The translations under genes were made by a program, and so were the position numbers. The notes beneath the pieces were generated by a model. It was not told the origin of the DNA, ran no database searches, and was given only the letters and a program-made list of their open reading frames with translations. A stretch of 47,635 nt of DNA from positions 932,001 to 979,635 of the forward strand of contig MU058337.1 of the NCBI GenBank assembly GCA_013265495.1. Reading direction: 5' to 3'. Position 1 is the first letter of the stretch. Each line of letters begins with the position of its first letter. Shown here one piece after another: positions 24,535 through 35,480 of this stretch. Source of the DNA: Vicugna vicugna (Eukaryota).

Positions 24535-24692
24535 CACTGGTTCTCCAACTTGGCTCCATACGGAGAAGATCCTGGAGCACTAACAACTGCTCCCCACGAC
24601 CCTGTGGTTCTGATTTCATAGGATGCAACCTGGGCTCTGGGATTTCTCTGTTCCCGGGTGATTCTAATGGCAGTAAAGTTTGTGAACAGTGG
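24535..24692. mobile_element. MER5A/B (hAT-Charlie MITE)
   Basis: cactggttctccaactt...ttctgatttcatagg...cccgggtgattctaatggcagtaaagtttgtgaacagtg has the MER5 terminal inverted repeats. Confidence 0.75.
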
Positions 24693-25434
24693 GTCTGAGG
24701 CGCCTACCTCACCCCAGGTGTGCACGCTGTCCTTCCAAGTGTCTAAGACCCCAGATATAGCATGACTTTGATCAGGGGAGTGGGCACATGTGTTTTGGAA
24801 GGAAATAAACATACATATGAAAAAACACCTTATTTTAATAAGGAAAAAATGTCATCAGGGCTTATGGGTGTCAACATTGCAAAGACCTGGTACTTTTTAA
24901 ACAGAAGTTTCTCTTAATTCTCATGGTAAAAATACCAGAGAAGATGGTTTTTCCAATCAGTGCTTGATCAACCATAAATGTCATTCATTTTTGTTGTGGC
25001 AATGGTGGAGGTAGCTTTTGTTGTCACATCATAATCAGAGCCTCTTCCCTCTGTCCCCAAAATTGTAAATGGTAATCCGTTCAACATTGAGTGTTTGCAA
25101 ATCATTGAAATACCAGATTTCATCGGTAGCAAATCATCCTTAATGTTGAATAACAAAATCATTGCCAGAATTCACCAGAAACACTACTGTGGCCATGGTC
25201 GTGGGCCCTGACTTTGCACTGTCTCTGTGTAGTGTGCAAGCTTTGTGATTTCTGCAACCAAGGTCCAACATTGATCTTATGTCAGTGTGCAAGGTCACAC
25301 CATGGGAGTTTTTGTTGTTGTTTATTTTTGGTCTGTCTAGTAGCTTTTCTTTACTTTCAAAGGAGCTAATTTAAAAGTAGGATTTTGAGATATAATAAGT
25401 AATTACTTTGAGATTGCTTATAATTTTAAAATTT

Positions 25435-26110
25435 TATTTATTTAATTTTTAATTATATAAGATTTCATACTTAAAATTTTTAGTGTATAATTTTGGAAAA
25501 CTTTAAACATGTAGAACTAATGAATGCCCATCACCCAGCTTCAGCAGTAATCAACATTCCGCCTTCTTCTGTCGTCTGTACCAACAGCCCCTCCCCACAC
25601 CCTTGCTTGATTTATTACTGCTGTTACCATTTGTAAGGTAACAAATCACAGAGAGCAACGTGTCCTTAGCAGGACAATGCTGGCAGATGGATACGCTGTG
25701 TAACCCAGACCTTTCCACAGCCTAGGACACCTCCTCTTACAAAATGGTTCCCTCCTGTTACTTCCCCATCACCTCCCCCTCCACTTCAGAGGTAACCGCT
25801 GGTCTTATGTTTTTCACCTTTGATTATTTTCGGCTTTTCTGGAATTTCAGATGTAAGGAAATAGGCAGTATATATTCTGTTGCATCTGCCTTCTTTTCGT
25901 CAACAGGAAGTCTGTAAGGCTCATCCACGTTGCTCCAGGGATCAGGATTTCATTCCTTTTCGTTGCTGCCTCGTATCCAGTGAGAGCGTGTGCGTTAGTT
26001 TGGTAACTCAGAGAGGTCATCCAGGACCCAGGGTCCCTTCTGCCGGACTCACTATGTCAGGCTTGTCATGTTTTGTGGACACAAGCTTTGTCCTCTCCTG
26101 AGAACATCTA
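25435..26110 (-). mobile_element. Two old L1 3' ends (L1MC/L1ME-type)
   Basis: cccatcacccagcttcagcagtaatcaacatt, then agaggtaaccgctggtct...gctcatccacgttgct...ttcattccttttcgttgctg. Confidence 0.7.
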
Positions 26111-26964
26111 AAGCACAAGACTTTGAAATTTTAAAACTTCATCTGAAAAAATAAAATTAGCATTTGGATAACTAAATGAAGGACATGGATATAAAAATGC
26201 CATTTGTTTTAGAAATCCTGTTAACCTAGAAGCAACCAGCATTTAAAATTCATTTTTATACTCAAACGATACTCTGAAGTTCTTTCTAAATAATGAACAG
26301 GTAAATGAGATTTTACAATGTATTATGTTGTTTTTCTTAATATAATCAACCTAAAGACAGTAAAGAAAAAAAAAATCTTTGTGCTTCTTTTTGGTCCCTA
26401 AAGCCAAGTGCTGGACACACTGCAGACACAGTAAGTTTTTTTAACTTGGTAATAAGAGATCGTATGATTTGCTGACTTGTGAGCAGCCAATTGCTGAGTG
26501 TAAGGCTCTGACTTAGAGTAGTGGGTGTGGGGTTGAACAAGAGTGTTGTTTGTTTCAACCAACTATTAGTTTGAAAGCTACTGGTCACATTTCTTTTAAT
26601 AGCTTATTATCACTGCGTACACTGAAGAACCTTTTACATTCAGAAAAGGGCTCCAATGAGACCTTGGAACACTTCTGCGGTTTATTTTCCGGGAGTTAGC
26701 CTGTGCTTATAATTAACTAATGGTCCTTAATGCATTCATGGAATAATGACAGCAGTGGTAAGTACGAGATGACATTTGCATAGGTCTGCGAAGTCCGCAA
26801 AGCCCAGACCTCTCTCTGGCAATTGACATTCCTGTCACCACCATCTCTTGACACCGGGCTCCCGGGGTTTGCCGGCATGTTGTGGGTCTCCTTTCTCACT
26901 CCACTCTGTCTTCTTTAATTGGATTTTCGTCCTGCTCTTAAGTGTAATTATTATTCAAGGTTTT

Positions 26965-27125
26965 TAAGAAACAGTAGACTAGTAATGAGAAAATAAGAAT
27001 TCTAGTCTTGGATCCACATTTTAAGCATTTATAGTGGACACCATTAAACCTCTCAAGCTGCAGTTTCTTCAGCTATAAAATGGGCGTTTTCATATTTTCT
27101 TTGTTAATTCTGAGGGTTGTCATCC
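26965..27125 (+). mobile_element. MIR fragment
   Basis: ttaaacctctcaagctgcagtttcttcagctataaaatggg...gagggttgt. Confidence 0.65.
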
Positions 27126-27244
27126 CCGCCGAGATAATATGTGTTCAACCTTCTGAACACAAAGTTTTTTTTAAGTACAGTGCAAGGTTCAGGCATGGCA
27201 GTTACTGTGCTCTGCGGGGTCTCAGTAAATCCACCTCTTCCCGA

Positions 27245-27375
27245 AGCTCCATCTCCAGTCTGTTTACTGGTGACTCCCAAATTCGACAGTCTATTTTTCT
27301 ATTTTTGGCTTAGATTTCAATTTCTTATTTCCAAAATCCACATCTGAGTGTTAATGAGTAACTCAAACTCAACGT
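27245..27375 (+). mobile_element. L2 fragment
   Basis: actggtgactcccaaatt...aactcaaactcaacgt. Confidence 0.5.
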
Positions 27376-28164
27376 GAGGGATCAGTTGGTATGAAAGTGG
27401 CTCCATAACGATGTAAAATGTCTAAGTGAGAAGGGTGATGGGCCCCTGTGTATAGATCTGCAACTCTAAAGCTATTATATGTATTAATGGGATTACATAA
27501 ATATCAAACTTGATTTTAAACTTGGAATTACCCATTCATGTCTCTCCTGAATCATATGGGTTAAAATGATATAGTCAAAAACTATGTCATAAGTAGTTGC
27601 GTATGTATCTAATTATTTGTAGATCTTGAACCGGAAACTGAACCCAGAGGAATAGGCTGTGTTTTGATTTACTTTTCAAAAGGATCCTGACAGTGAAAAA
27701 TAAAATAAGGAAATAAAGTAAGATATGGCTACCAATAATGCAATAGTATTTAGACTCCGAATATCTCCTAGAAAACAGCCTGGTCTGTGAAAAGATGGTG
27801 TCTGCTATGTTTTTGAGTAATTTTTTTCCAAATTCAGTTGTCCAGGAGGAAAAATACTTACTGACAAGAACAGTGATCTTTCACAAATTTTGAACCTCAC
27901 GAAAAGAGCGCTGTGGTACTGGGTTATGTAATGATAAAGCAGAAATGGAGACCTTGGAAAAAGCAGCTACAGAGCTTTGGAGTTTATAGTAACTAAGATA
28001 AGGAACGTTATTGAGTCCAAGAGTTTAATGGCTTGTAGGAACTTGTGAAAGTTGATGTAAACAATGTAGACTCTTTTGACTCTCTGTCTATAAATGACAA
28101 ACATCTCAAATATGAAGAAAGGAATCATCAAGATAATTCCACTTGTGGCACAAATATCTTGATG

Positions 28165-28260
28165 CTTTTATTTATTAATCTATACATTTTTACTTGAAAC
28201 ACAGTATATCTACAGAAAAGTGCATAAAACGTCCACATGCAGTTCAATGAGTTTTCTCTT
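28165..28260 (-). mobile_element. L1 3'-end stub
   Basis: tacagaaaagtgcataaaa...gcagttcaatgagttttc. Confidence 0.55.
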
Positions 28261-28304
28261 AGTTTTTGGTCCTTTGATCTTGTCAAGTTATTTCTGTTCG
28301 AATT

Positions 28305-28540
28305 TGCGATAAGGATTTAATATCCAGAACATGTAAAGAACTCTTACAACTCAACAGCAAAAAGACAAACAAAAAAATGAGCCAAGAACTTGAATAGACA
28401 TTTCTCCAAAGAAGACATAAAGCATATGAAAAAATGTTTAACCTCATCAGTCATTAGGGAAATGCAGACCAGAACTGCAGTGAAATCCCACTTTATATAC
28501 CCACCAGGATGGAGATACTAAAACAGACAACAACATCCAA
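28305..28540 (+). mobile_element. L1 ORF2 3' fragment (L1MB/MC-type)
   Basis: gataaggatttaatatccagaacatgtaaagaactcttacaactcaac...ttgaatagacatttctccaaagaagacata...gtcattagggaaatgca. Confidence 0.9.
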
Positions 28541-29149
28541 AAAAAGAAAAAAAAGGAAAAATCATGAATATTATCAAAGATGTGGAACATATTATGCAAG
28601 TTCAATTCATTAAGGAAAACAATTTGACACTGTGGATCAGAAGCTGGGGAACAGCAGCCTGCAGCCAAATCTGGCCCAAAGCACCACTTCTGTCAGCTCC
28701 TGCTGTTTGGCTCACTAACTCCCCTGCAGTTTATAATTCAGCAAATGTGTCAAGGCAAAATGGACAAGAGAGCCTGTCTTACAGGAAGGGCCCACCCTGC
28801 GCCGGCCATCATTCTGACGTTCGGGGCCGCAGTTCCTCACTTCCTCGGTAACTTTAGCGATGCAAGTAGACCTTCCCCTTCGCTTGTCTGGTTGTTTTTG
28901 GTTACAGGGCTGACCCCTTACAAGCAAGCCCACAGCTGATAGGATGTGAAACCCCAGGGTTATTCTGTCTGTTGTGAGTTTTTGTTTATTTTTACTGTGT
29001 GGACTGTATGAGAATAACTAATGTTAGAGACTGTAAGGATAGTGCCCACATAGTTCAATAATAAACTAGAGAACAAAAATGCTATAAAATAATCTGTAGT
29101 CAACACCTTCATTCTAAGGAGCAAGTAGGGTAAGTGTCTAATGAGAAGT

Positions 29150-29290
29150 TCTTAAAAGCATCACCCCATGTCGTTTCCTTACTTTCAGACGAGGAAGAAT
29201 GCAGGCAGGAGGGTAAATGGGACCCTTTCACGTTCGCATATGAGTAACATCAGAGGTCAATCTAGACTGAAAGCGTTTTTCTCGTTAGCT
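29150..29290 (-). mobile_element. MIR fragment
   Basis: ccttactttcagacgaggaagaatgcaggcaggagggtaaatgg resembles the antisense MIR core. Confidence 0.5.
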
Positions 29291-30286
29291 CGTTTTCGGC
29301 CCTTTTTCTGGGTGGTGCGATTGATGTTACTGATGATGCCATAGTTTGGTAATTTCTACATTTGATTTGTATTTCCTACTAGGCTGGAAGCTATTGCCTT
29401 GTATGCTTTTTAATTTTCGCTTCTTTTTAATTCGCATCACCGTGCTCAGTGGTCTTCTCTCTTGTTTGGTGAATTTAGAGGATAAACAAATGACTAAATG
29501 CCTGGATGGAGGCTATTCACACTAGAACAGCAAAGGAGGGGCACAGCGAATGACCAGGAAGGTGAGTGTAGGGAATAAAATGGGGAACTAAACCTAGAAT
29601 CCTTGGTCAAATTTTGTAGAGAAATAGGTACAAAAGGAAAAAATGTTTTACAACACAGCCCGTGTAGCAAAGGAGACGAACATGGGGAAATGCCAAACTC
29701 TGAACGCCGGCATCCCATTTTATAGTATTTTAACCAAGAGATTTAAGAATATGTAAGGAAGATTTGTTACATAACATCAATTTAAGGTATTTAACATGCA
29801 CCTGAATTTTCACAGCTTTATTCTCCTAGCTTTGGGGGCTTTATTGAAATATGTGAAAAACCGCGTTGAGACCATATTTTAGTTAATGCCCTTTGAAGCT
29901 GCCGGTGGAAGGTCAACCATCATGCATGCCAGACGTTTTAACACGCTCTTTCCTAAGCCAGTTGCATGGGTTTTCACTGCCATTTAGGTGCAACGCTTCC
30001 CTATTTCATCCTATGACCCATCAGTAAGGAAGTGGCAGCAGTTACAATATTCAAACAGCATGAAGTTTTAGCTTACAGTTAAAATTTGAGATGAAAATAA
30101 TATTTTCCTAATTTTTTTATCACAATCAAGTGCGGATAGTTTGAAGATGGTAAAAAATAAGGAAGTATACTCATTTCCTGAAGTTTGCTCATTTCCTGTC
30201 ACTTAGAAATAATGCAAATATTAATATGAAGCATTCTAATTATCCAGATGCGCCTTATTAAAGCAACAGTGTGAATGATAACTCAC

Positions 30287-30363
30287 CTTGTGTAATAAAA
30301 CTACAAGCACGTCTGTTCACAGTTTGGGCCCCAGGCCGGCAGTGCAGGGCATCCGTCCTCATC
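30287..30363 (-). other. Candidate exon (77 nt) with a strong donor
   Basis: Minus strand: donor AAG|GTGAGT, weak acceptor aaaattcccacccag|G, and an open frame MRTDALHCRPGAQTVNRRACSFITQ ending in phase 1. Confidence 0.25.
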
Positions 30364-31144
30364 CTGGGTGGGAATTTTCTAGATCAGTTTTAAAGCTGGC
30401 TCTCTAGCGGGTGACTCGGGGCTATAGCACAAGTGATTATCTGAGCAGGAGCTTCGGATAATTGGCATTTTTAATTATTTAGACCCATACCTTCAACAGT
30501 GTAACCTCAGGGCCTGCAGCCTTGATGGGCAGTAGGTAAGCACTGGTGTTTCTGTGCGGACTGGGGGCTCCCAGCCCCAGGTGCACAGCGGGTGCCCAGT
30601 CCCTGTGAAACTGCGGAGAGGAGGGCCGGGGGTTCTCGAGTGGCCTCAGAAACAAACGCTGTTTCCTGTGGCGGTCAGTCCTTCTCCCTCCCAGCCCTGT
30701 TGCTGCCGTGAGGGGCCCCTGAGCCCCTGGGCACAGGCGGGTCCAACCTAAGCTTTCGGTGTGAAAACACTGCAAGAATTTAGAGAAATCAGAGAAATCT
30801 TTGTTTGAAAAATCTGCAGTCCTTCTTTCCTTCACAGAGAATGGGACAGGAATATGTTCATGTTACGACTCTCATTCTAGGATCTGAAGTCTCATTTCCC
30901 ACCAATAACTGAAGCCCTTTTAAAAAAGCTTTGAAAAGCCTCTGAGGCTCATTTTGCCTGCCGGCCCTTTGGCTGAGGGCTCCAGAGTCATTTAGCCTTC
31001 CCTCTGCGCCCCCGCCCCACGCCCGAACGCTTCAGCACACACACCCTGTTCCGTCTAAACTTCTGTGTAATTTGAGAGAAATTTTCTTTTACAGGATTTT
31101 GGTGAATATGTTGTTTTAAAATGCAAATTCCCACGTTTCCAATT

Positions 31145-31275
31145 TGCTGTTGTTGTTGTTAGTGGGGAGATAATTAGGTTTTGTTTATCTGTTTATTTAG
31201 TGGAGGCACTGGGTTTGAAGCAGGACCTGGTGCGCGGTGGGCAGGCACTCGACCACAGACCTAGACCTTCCTCCC
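31145..31275 (-). mobile_element. tRNA-derived camelid SINE (vic-1-like)
   Basis: The reverse complement GGAGGAAGGTCTAGGTCTGTGGTCGAGTGCC...CCAGGTCCTGCTTCAAACCCAGTGCCTCC...AAACCTAATTATCTCCCC has degenerate A/B boxes and the recalled camelid SINE tail. Confidence 0.75.
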
Positions 31276-31319
31276 TCCAGTTCTTAATCGTAGTCTTCTT
31301 CCAAATATCCTTCTTTAAG

Positions 31320-31812
31320 AATAGGAACCAGGGCTCTTTGGAGAAATGGCTGAGTCTCGGTTTGGGTCCTGAAACTTCAGGCTTGACAGCATTTCTGTGG
31401 TCATCTTTTTCAACATCAAGCCCAGCCTGAGAAAATAACAGGCAAACCCTAGATGAGCGACATTCTGGAAAGTAACTGGCCAGTGCTCATCAAAAATGTC
31501 AGGCCCATGACAGATGAGGAGCAAATGGAAACTGCCACGGCTTGAAGGGGAATAAGAAGGGGCAGCAATGATGTGGGATCCTGGATTGGCTCCTAGAGCA
31601 GGAAAACGGGGCTAAGGAAACACTGGTAAAATCTGAGGGAACGCTAATGTTTGCCGACGAGCATTACGCAAAGTTGATGACCTGGTTTTGAATTGTGCTG
31701 TAGTTATGTAAGATGTATCACTAAAGGAAGCGGGGTGAATAGTACACAGGAATCTCCTGGACTATTGTAATTTTTCTATAAGTCTACAGTTCTTTCAAAG
31801 GGAAAAATAAAT
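31320..31812 (+). mobile_element. L1MC3/MC4-type 3' UTR
   Basis: ggaaccagggctctttggagaaatggctga, gacattctggaaagtaactggccagtgctcatcaaaaatgtca, gggatcctggattgg and an A-rich end. Confidence 0.85.
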
Positions 31813-31824
31813 ATGTCTACATGT

Positions 31825-31860
31825 TGTGTGTGCGTGTGTGTGTGTGTATCTGTATATATA
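31825..31860. repeat. (TG)n/(TA)n microsatellite
   Basis: tgtgtgtgcgtgtgtgtgtgtgtatctgtatatata. Confidence 0.85.
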
Positions 31861-32569
31861 TTGTGCTTCTTGATTCATTATAGTCAAAACCTGATCTATT
31901 AAACTTGCCCAAGCTTCAGTGCCTAAATATAAAAAGATTTTGACTACAGTTTGGGACATATTTGAGTGGTTAATAGATGGTTTCTACTGTATTAAGTGCT
32001 CCCTTTGATTGTTCAAAAATTCTTCATAGAATTGCATAACATTACTTGACCAGTGTGGGTCCATGGAGATATTTATAAATGTGTCCTCTTTTTCATTTTG
32101 CTGCTAATATATATCCCGTTCACATCCATGTTGCTATATTCTATTCAACCATAATTCATTAAGTCTGCTCCACGTTGCCATCTGTTAAATAACTTTGAAA
32201 GTTATTGTGAAAGTTTAACTCAACTTAGAATTCTATGTACCAGGCTGGACCCGCTCTCAGCTTGTTCGTGCGCTACTCTTAAGGATTGTCACCTTGTCCC
32301 AGAAGTCTGAGATGCTTTAGTTTTTCTTCCTGTCTTCCTGTGTTACACTGTCTGAAATCCAGCCCTTTGGAAGTTACTGGCTGCCTTCTTGAGTAAAAGG
32401 TGAAGATAAAGTTGCTCTCATTTTGACATCCCGAGGTCAGATATCCTTCTCTGTAAGTTTTAGACACAGGTAATTTCAGTGATAGACCTATTTTAGAGAG
32501 AGATCAGTGAGACTCAGGTGGATGAATTGAATAAGAGCAATTATTTTACTGGTAAACTGAGAAAAGACA

Positions 32570-32800
32570 CTATTTCATTTCATCATCAAAGCCGTCACTA
32601 ACAGGTTCAGCAAACGCTTTTACTTGGTCTTCAACACTGGAGGTACGAATGATGAGAAGATCTTTTCCCCACAGAGCTTCCCATTTAGAGAGAAAGGGAG
32701 GAAAATCAATAGTTAAAGTAGAGCCCATGAGGGAATTCATAACAAATCCTGCAGGAGAGGCCCTTCCTGCAGACTGAAAAGGTCAGGGATAGTCGACTTG
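32570..32800 (-). mobile_element. L2 fragment
   Basis: ttcagcaaacgctttt...ccccacagagcttcccatttag resembles the antisense L2 3' end. Confidence 0.45.
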
Positions 32801-34161
32801 AATTTCACTTGTATTTTCTACTGCAGCTCTATTAATCAATGAAAAAAAATCATACTCTGGTCTATGTGGGTCCGAGTAGTGACTAATAATATTGCATTGA
32901 TTTTTCTAACCTTCTCCTGGACAACTTTTGCCTGAATGCAAACTTAAGGTGAAGCCTGCCCTCCTCCATCATTTGGGTGGGTGGGCCCTCCCGACGCTGG
33001 AGCACAGCCCGGGTTCTGAGGACTCCCAGCCTACCTCGGACTCTGCTCTCCAGACCCTTTCAGCCACATTGCAGCCTTGCTTTGATCGGCCCTTGCCAGT
33101 CTCTAAGACTATATTTTATTCCTTTTTTACCTGGCAGTGCTCTACGTCCCCTGTAAGGACCTTGATATGTGTACACTGCTTGACCTGACTGGTCATTCTT
33201 TAATAAATGTTTGTTAAAATAATGAAAGCGAGGTATCAGTTGATACCCATTGTTTGTCAATTTAAAGTGAAATATTTTCTCTTAAAAATTTCCTCCGTGT
33301 AGCTGAAACCCACGACTCGAAGTAAGAGCTTTAGGCAACGGTGTTTTCCGGGGCAGCGCCGGTTTGCAACCTCTCCTTCATCCTTGTTCTCCGCCCCTGG
33401 TCGTCCCGAGACAGCAGCTTGTACTTCAGAGACGTCGGGTTTCACGGATGCTCACTAGATAGTCTTCTAAAAGGTAGCCCCACCAAGGTCAGCTAAGAAC
33501 CAATTTGCCTGTGGCTATTTTTTCAGAGCACCAGCTAGTGTGTCTGCCAGTTGTTCTTCTGATACATTCAAAGAAAACAAAAAATAAACACTCTAATGGA
33601 TTACAGCTGAAAACGCAGTTGGATTCAGTACAAGTACTCGTTTGGCAGAGAAAATATAGTTTGGGAGACTGCTATTTATCTGATGATTTTGTGCACTTTT
33701 TTTTGTTTTTGTTTTTCATTAATTTGTCTCTTGTTAAATTAGATAAGGAAATGTACATAAAATTGGAAACAGAGCCAAATTGACAATGTTTTTCTTTTTT
33801 AAGTTTTTTGAATGTTCCCTGTATCTTGCCTAACGATTTTCAGAATGTATTTTGGCAAGCTTTTTTCTTTAGCTCTTTAAGCTCTTGCATTTTAAAGGAA
33901 TTCAAAATTTGTTTCAGAATTGACATTGACAATTCAAAACACCAACTTTCAAGGGAACAGAGATAACCAGTAGTTTCTGTGAGTACTTTAAAGAAACCTG
34001 GCAAACAGTGTTTCTTTAAATAATCAGATTTTGACAGAGGAGGTGAATTTTAGGCCCCTAGGGTTTGGCTCTAAAACAAAATAATAAAATCTAATTTCAG
34101 AAAAGCCACAGTTTAGTTCAAAATCATTCAATGCTTCTAGTTTAAAACCAAGCAATGTTTG

Positions 34162-34252
34162 TCCTCTTCTCCCTCCTCCTACCCTCCCTGTGGTTTCCCC
34201 CTCCCCCCTCCGTTCCCCCTCCCTCTCCCTGTCCCCCTCCTGCCTCCCCCTT
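34162..34252. repeat. C-rich polypyrimidine low-complexity tract
   Basis: At least seven C-runs of 3-6 nt between 34197 and 34250. Confidence 0.9.
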
Positions 34253-34284
34253 CTGTTTTAACGATGTGGGAGGAGCTTTAAGCA

Positions 34285-34450
34285 ATATACAGCGGTACAG
34301 CACAGGGAAATACGCTCAATATTTTGTAATAACCTGTAATGCAAAAGAACGTGAAAAAATAAATATACATGTATAAGGGAGTCACTTTGCTGTACACCTG
34401 AAACTAACACAGCATTGTGACTCAGCTCTGCTTCAATTTTAAAAACAAAA
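34285..34450 (+). mobile_element. Artiodactyl-type L1 3' end
   Basis: tacagcacagggaaatac...tcactttgctgtacacctgaaactaacacagcattgt, followed by an A-rich tail. Confidence 0.9.
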
Positions 34451-34769
34451 GCGATAGAGAGCAGTGGAGCCATCACAGCTTTGAGAGGGAACCCTGGCGG
34501 CCTCTCACTAATGGTGGAGGAGCTGGTGGTTGCATTGTGAGGAGGGACACTGAACAGGGGAAGGTGCCTGAGCCCCACCCCCCAAGGGGGGGACCCGAGG
34601 AGACGTCACTGAACGCAGTGCGTGTTCGGAATGCTTGCTTTTCCTCAGTGGGTACAGTGTCTCATTCTAGTCCTCACCACGGCCCTGTGAGTCAGGTATT
34701 TTACTCAGAGCTGTAACTTAAGGGCCGTTAGGGATTCTGAGAAGCAGTATAAAATGCTTAGCAGCTTCG

Positions 34770-34975
34770 TGGAAACTCGCCTCTGTCACTTACCAGCTTC
34801 CTGACCTCAGACACGTTTCTTGAACTGCGTTGCCTCAGTCTGCACATCTTTAGAATGGGATGATAATGGTACCATCCCGATAGCATCGCTGAGATTCTGA
34901 GTTCAGACGTGGAAAGTGTTCAGATGATTACCTGGCACATGTCAGGCACTAAATAAATATTTGTGAAATGAATGA
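34770..34975 (+). mobile_element. MIR/MIRb
   Basis: ctctgtcacttaccagcttcctgacctc...gcctcagtctgcacatctttagaatgggatgataat...cctggcacatgtcaggcactaaataaatatttg. Confidence 0.85.
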
Positions 34976-35064
34976 GTCTTCTAATAAATTTTACATTATT
35001 TTTCTTTTTTTTTTTTTGCTACTGTTATTATTAAGTAGCTTCTCCAAAGTTCCACAGACAGCAT

Positions 35065-35225
35065 GTGATAAAGATCTGAATTTGAATGTTGGATTTGGTA
35101 TATTGTAACTGTGTGACCTTGGATGAGTTACCTAGAATAGGGTTCAGTTTGTCTACAGTGAATGGGAAAGCAGCACTACCCTTTAAGGAGTGAAGGAGTC
35201 AATAAAATAATGAATGTCAAAGAAA
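35065..35225 (+). mobile_element. MIR fragment
   Basis: actgtgtgaccttggatgagttacct...ttcagtttgtctacagtgaatggg. Confidence 0.7.
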
Positions 35226-35363
35226 GGAGCAGTGACTGGGATCCAAATGGGTCTCCCGTATGCAGCATCTGCAGGGAGACGTTCTCCTGCCCCCCCCCCA
35301 CTACCTTCCAGGACTGGACGGTCCTTGACAGGGTGAGATTCCAGTAGGATTTTCTCTGTTTAG

Positions 35364-35480
35364 CTGGACGGCTCGTACAGCCGAGCAGCCATCTGCAGAC
35401 TCCGGGAGAGTGCTTTCCGGACACATCCGCGAGTTCACCTCTCAGTGACGCAAACCTCAGCAAGTCCTCTGGGCACCGAG
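35364..35480 (+). other. Candidate symmetric exon (117 nt)
   Basis: gattttctctgtttag|CTGGAC...ACCGAG|GTGTGT. It is CpG-rich, its length is a multiple of 3, and two frames are open. No homologue recognised. Confidence 0.2.

Noticed and set aside
24968..25162. Protein-like ORF possibly from a retrocopy
   Set aside because: No recognisable homologue, poly(A) tail or TSD.
28165..28540. Twin-priming inverted L1
   Set aside because: The antisense piece is very short, the sense piece lacks a 3' end, and no TSD was found. Independent fragments are the simpler explanation.
31200..31275. tRNA gene
   Set aside because: The A/B boxes are degenerate, there is no intact cloverleaf and a SINE tail follows.
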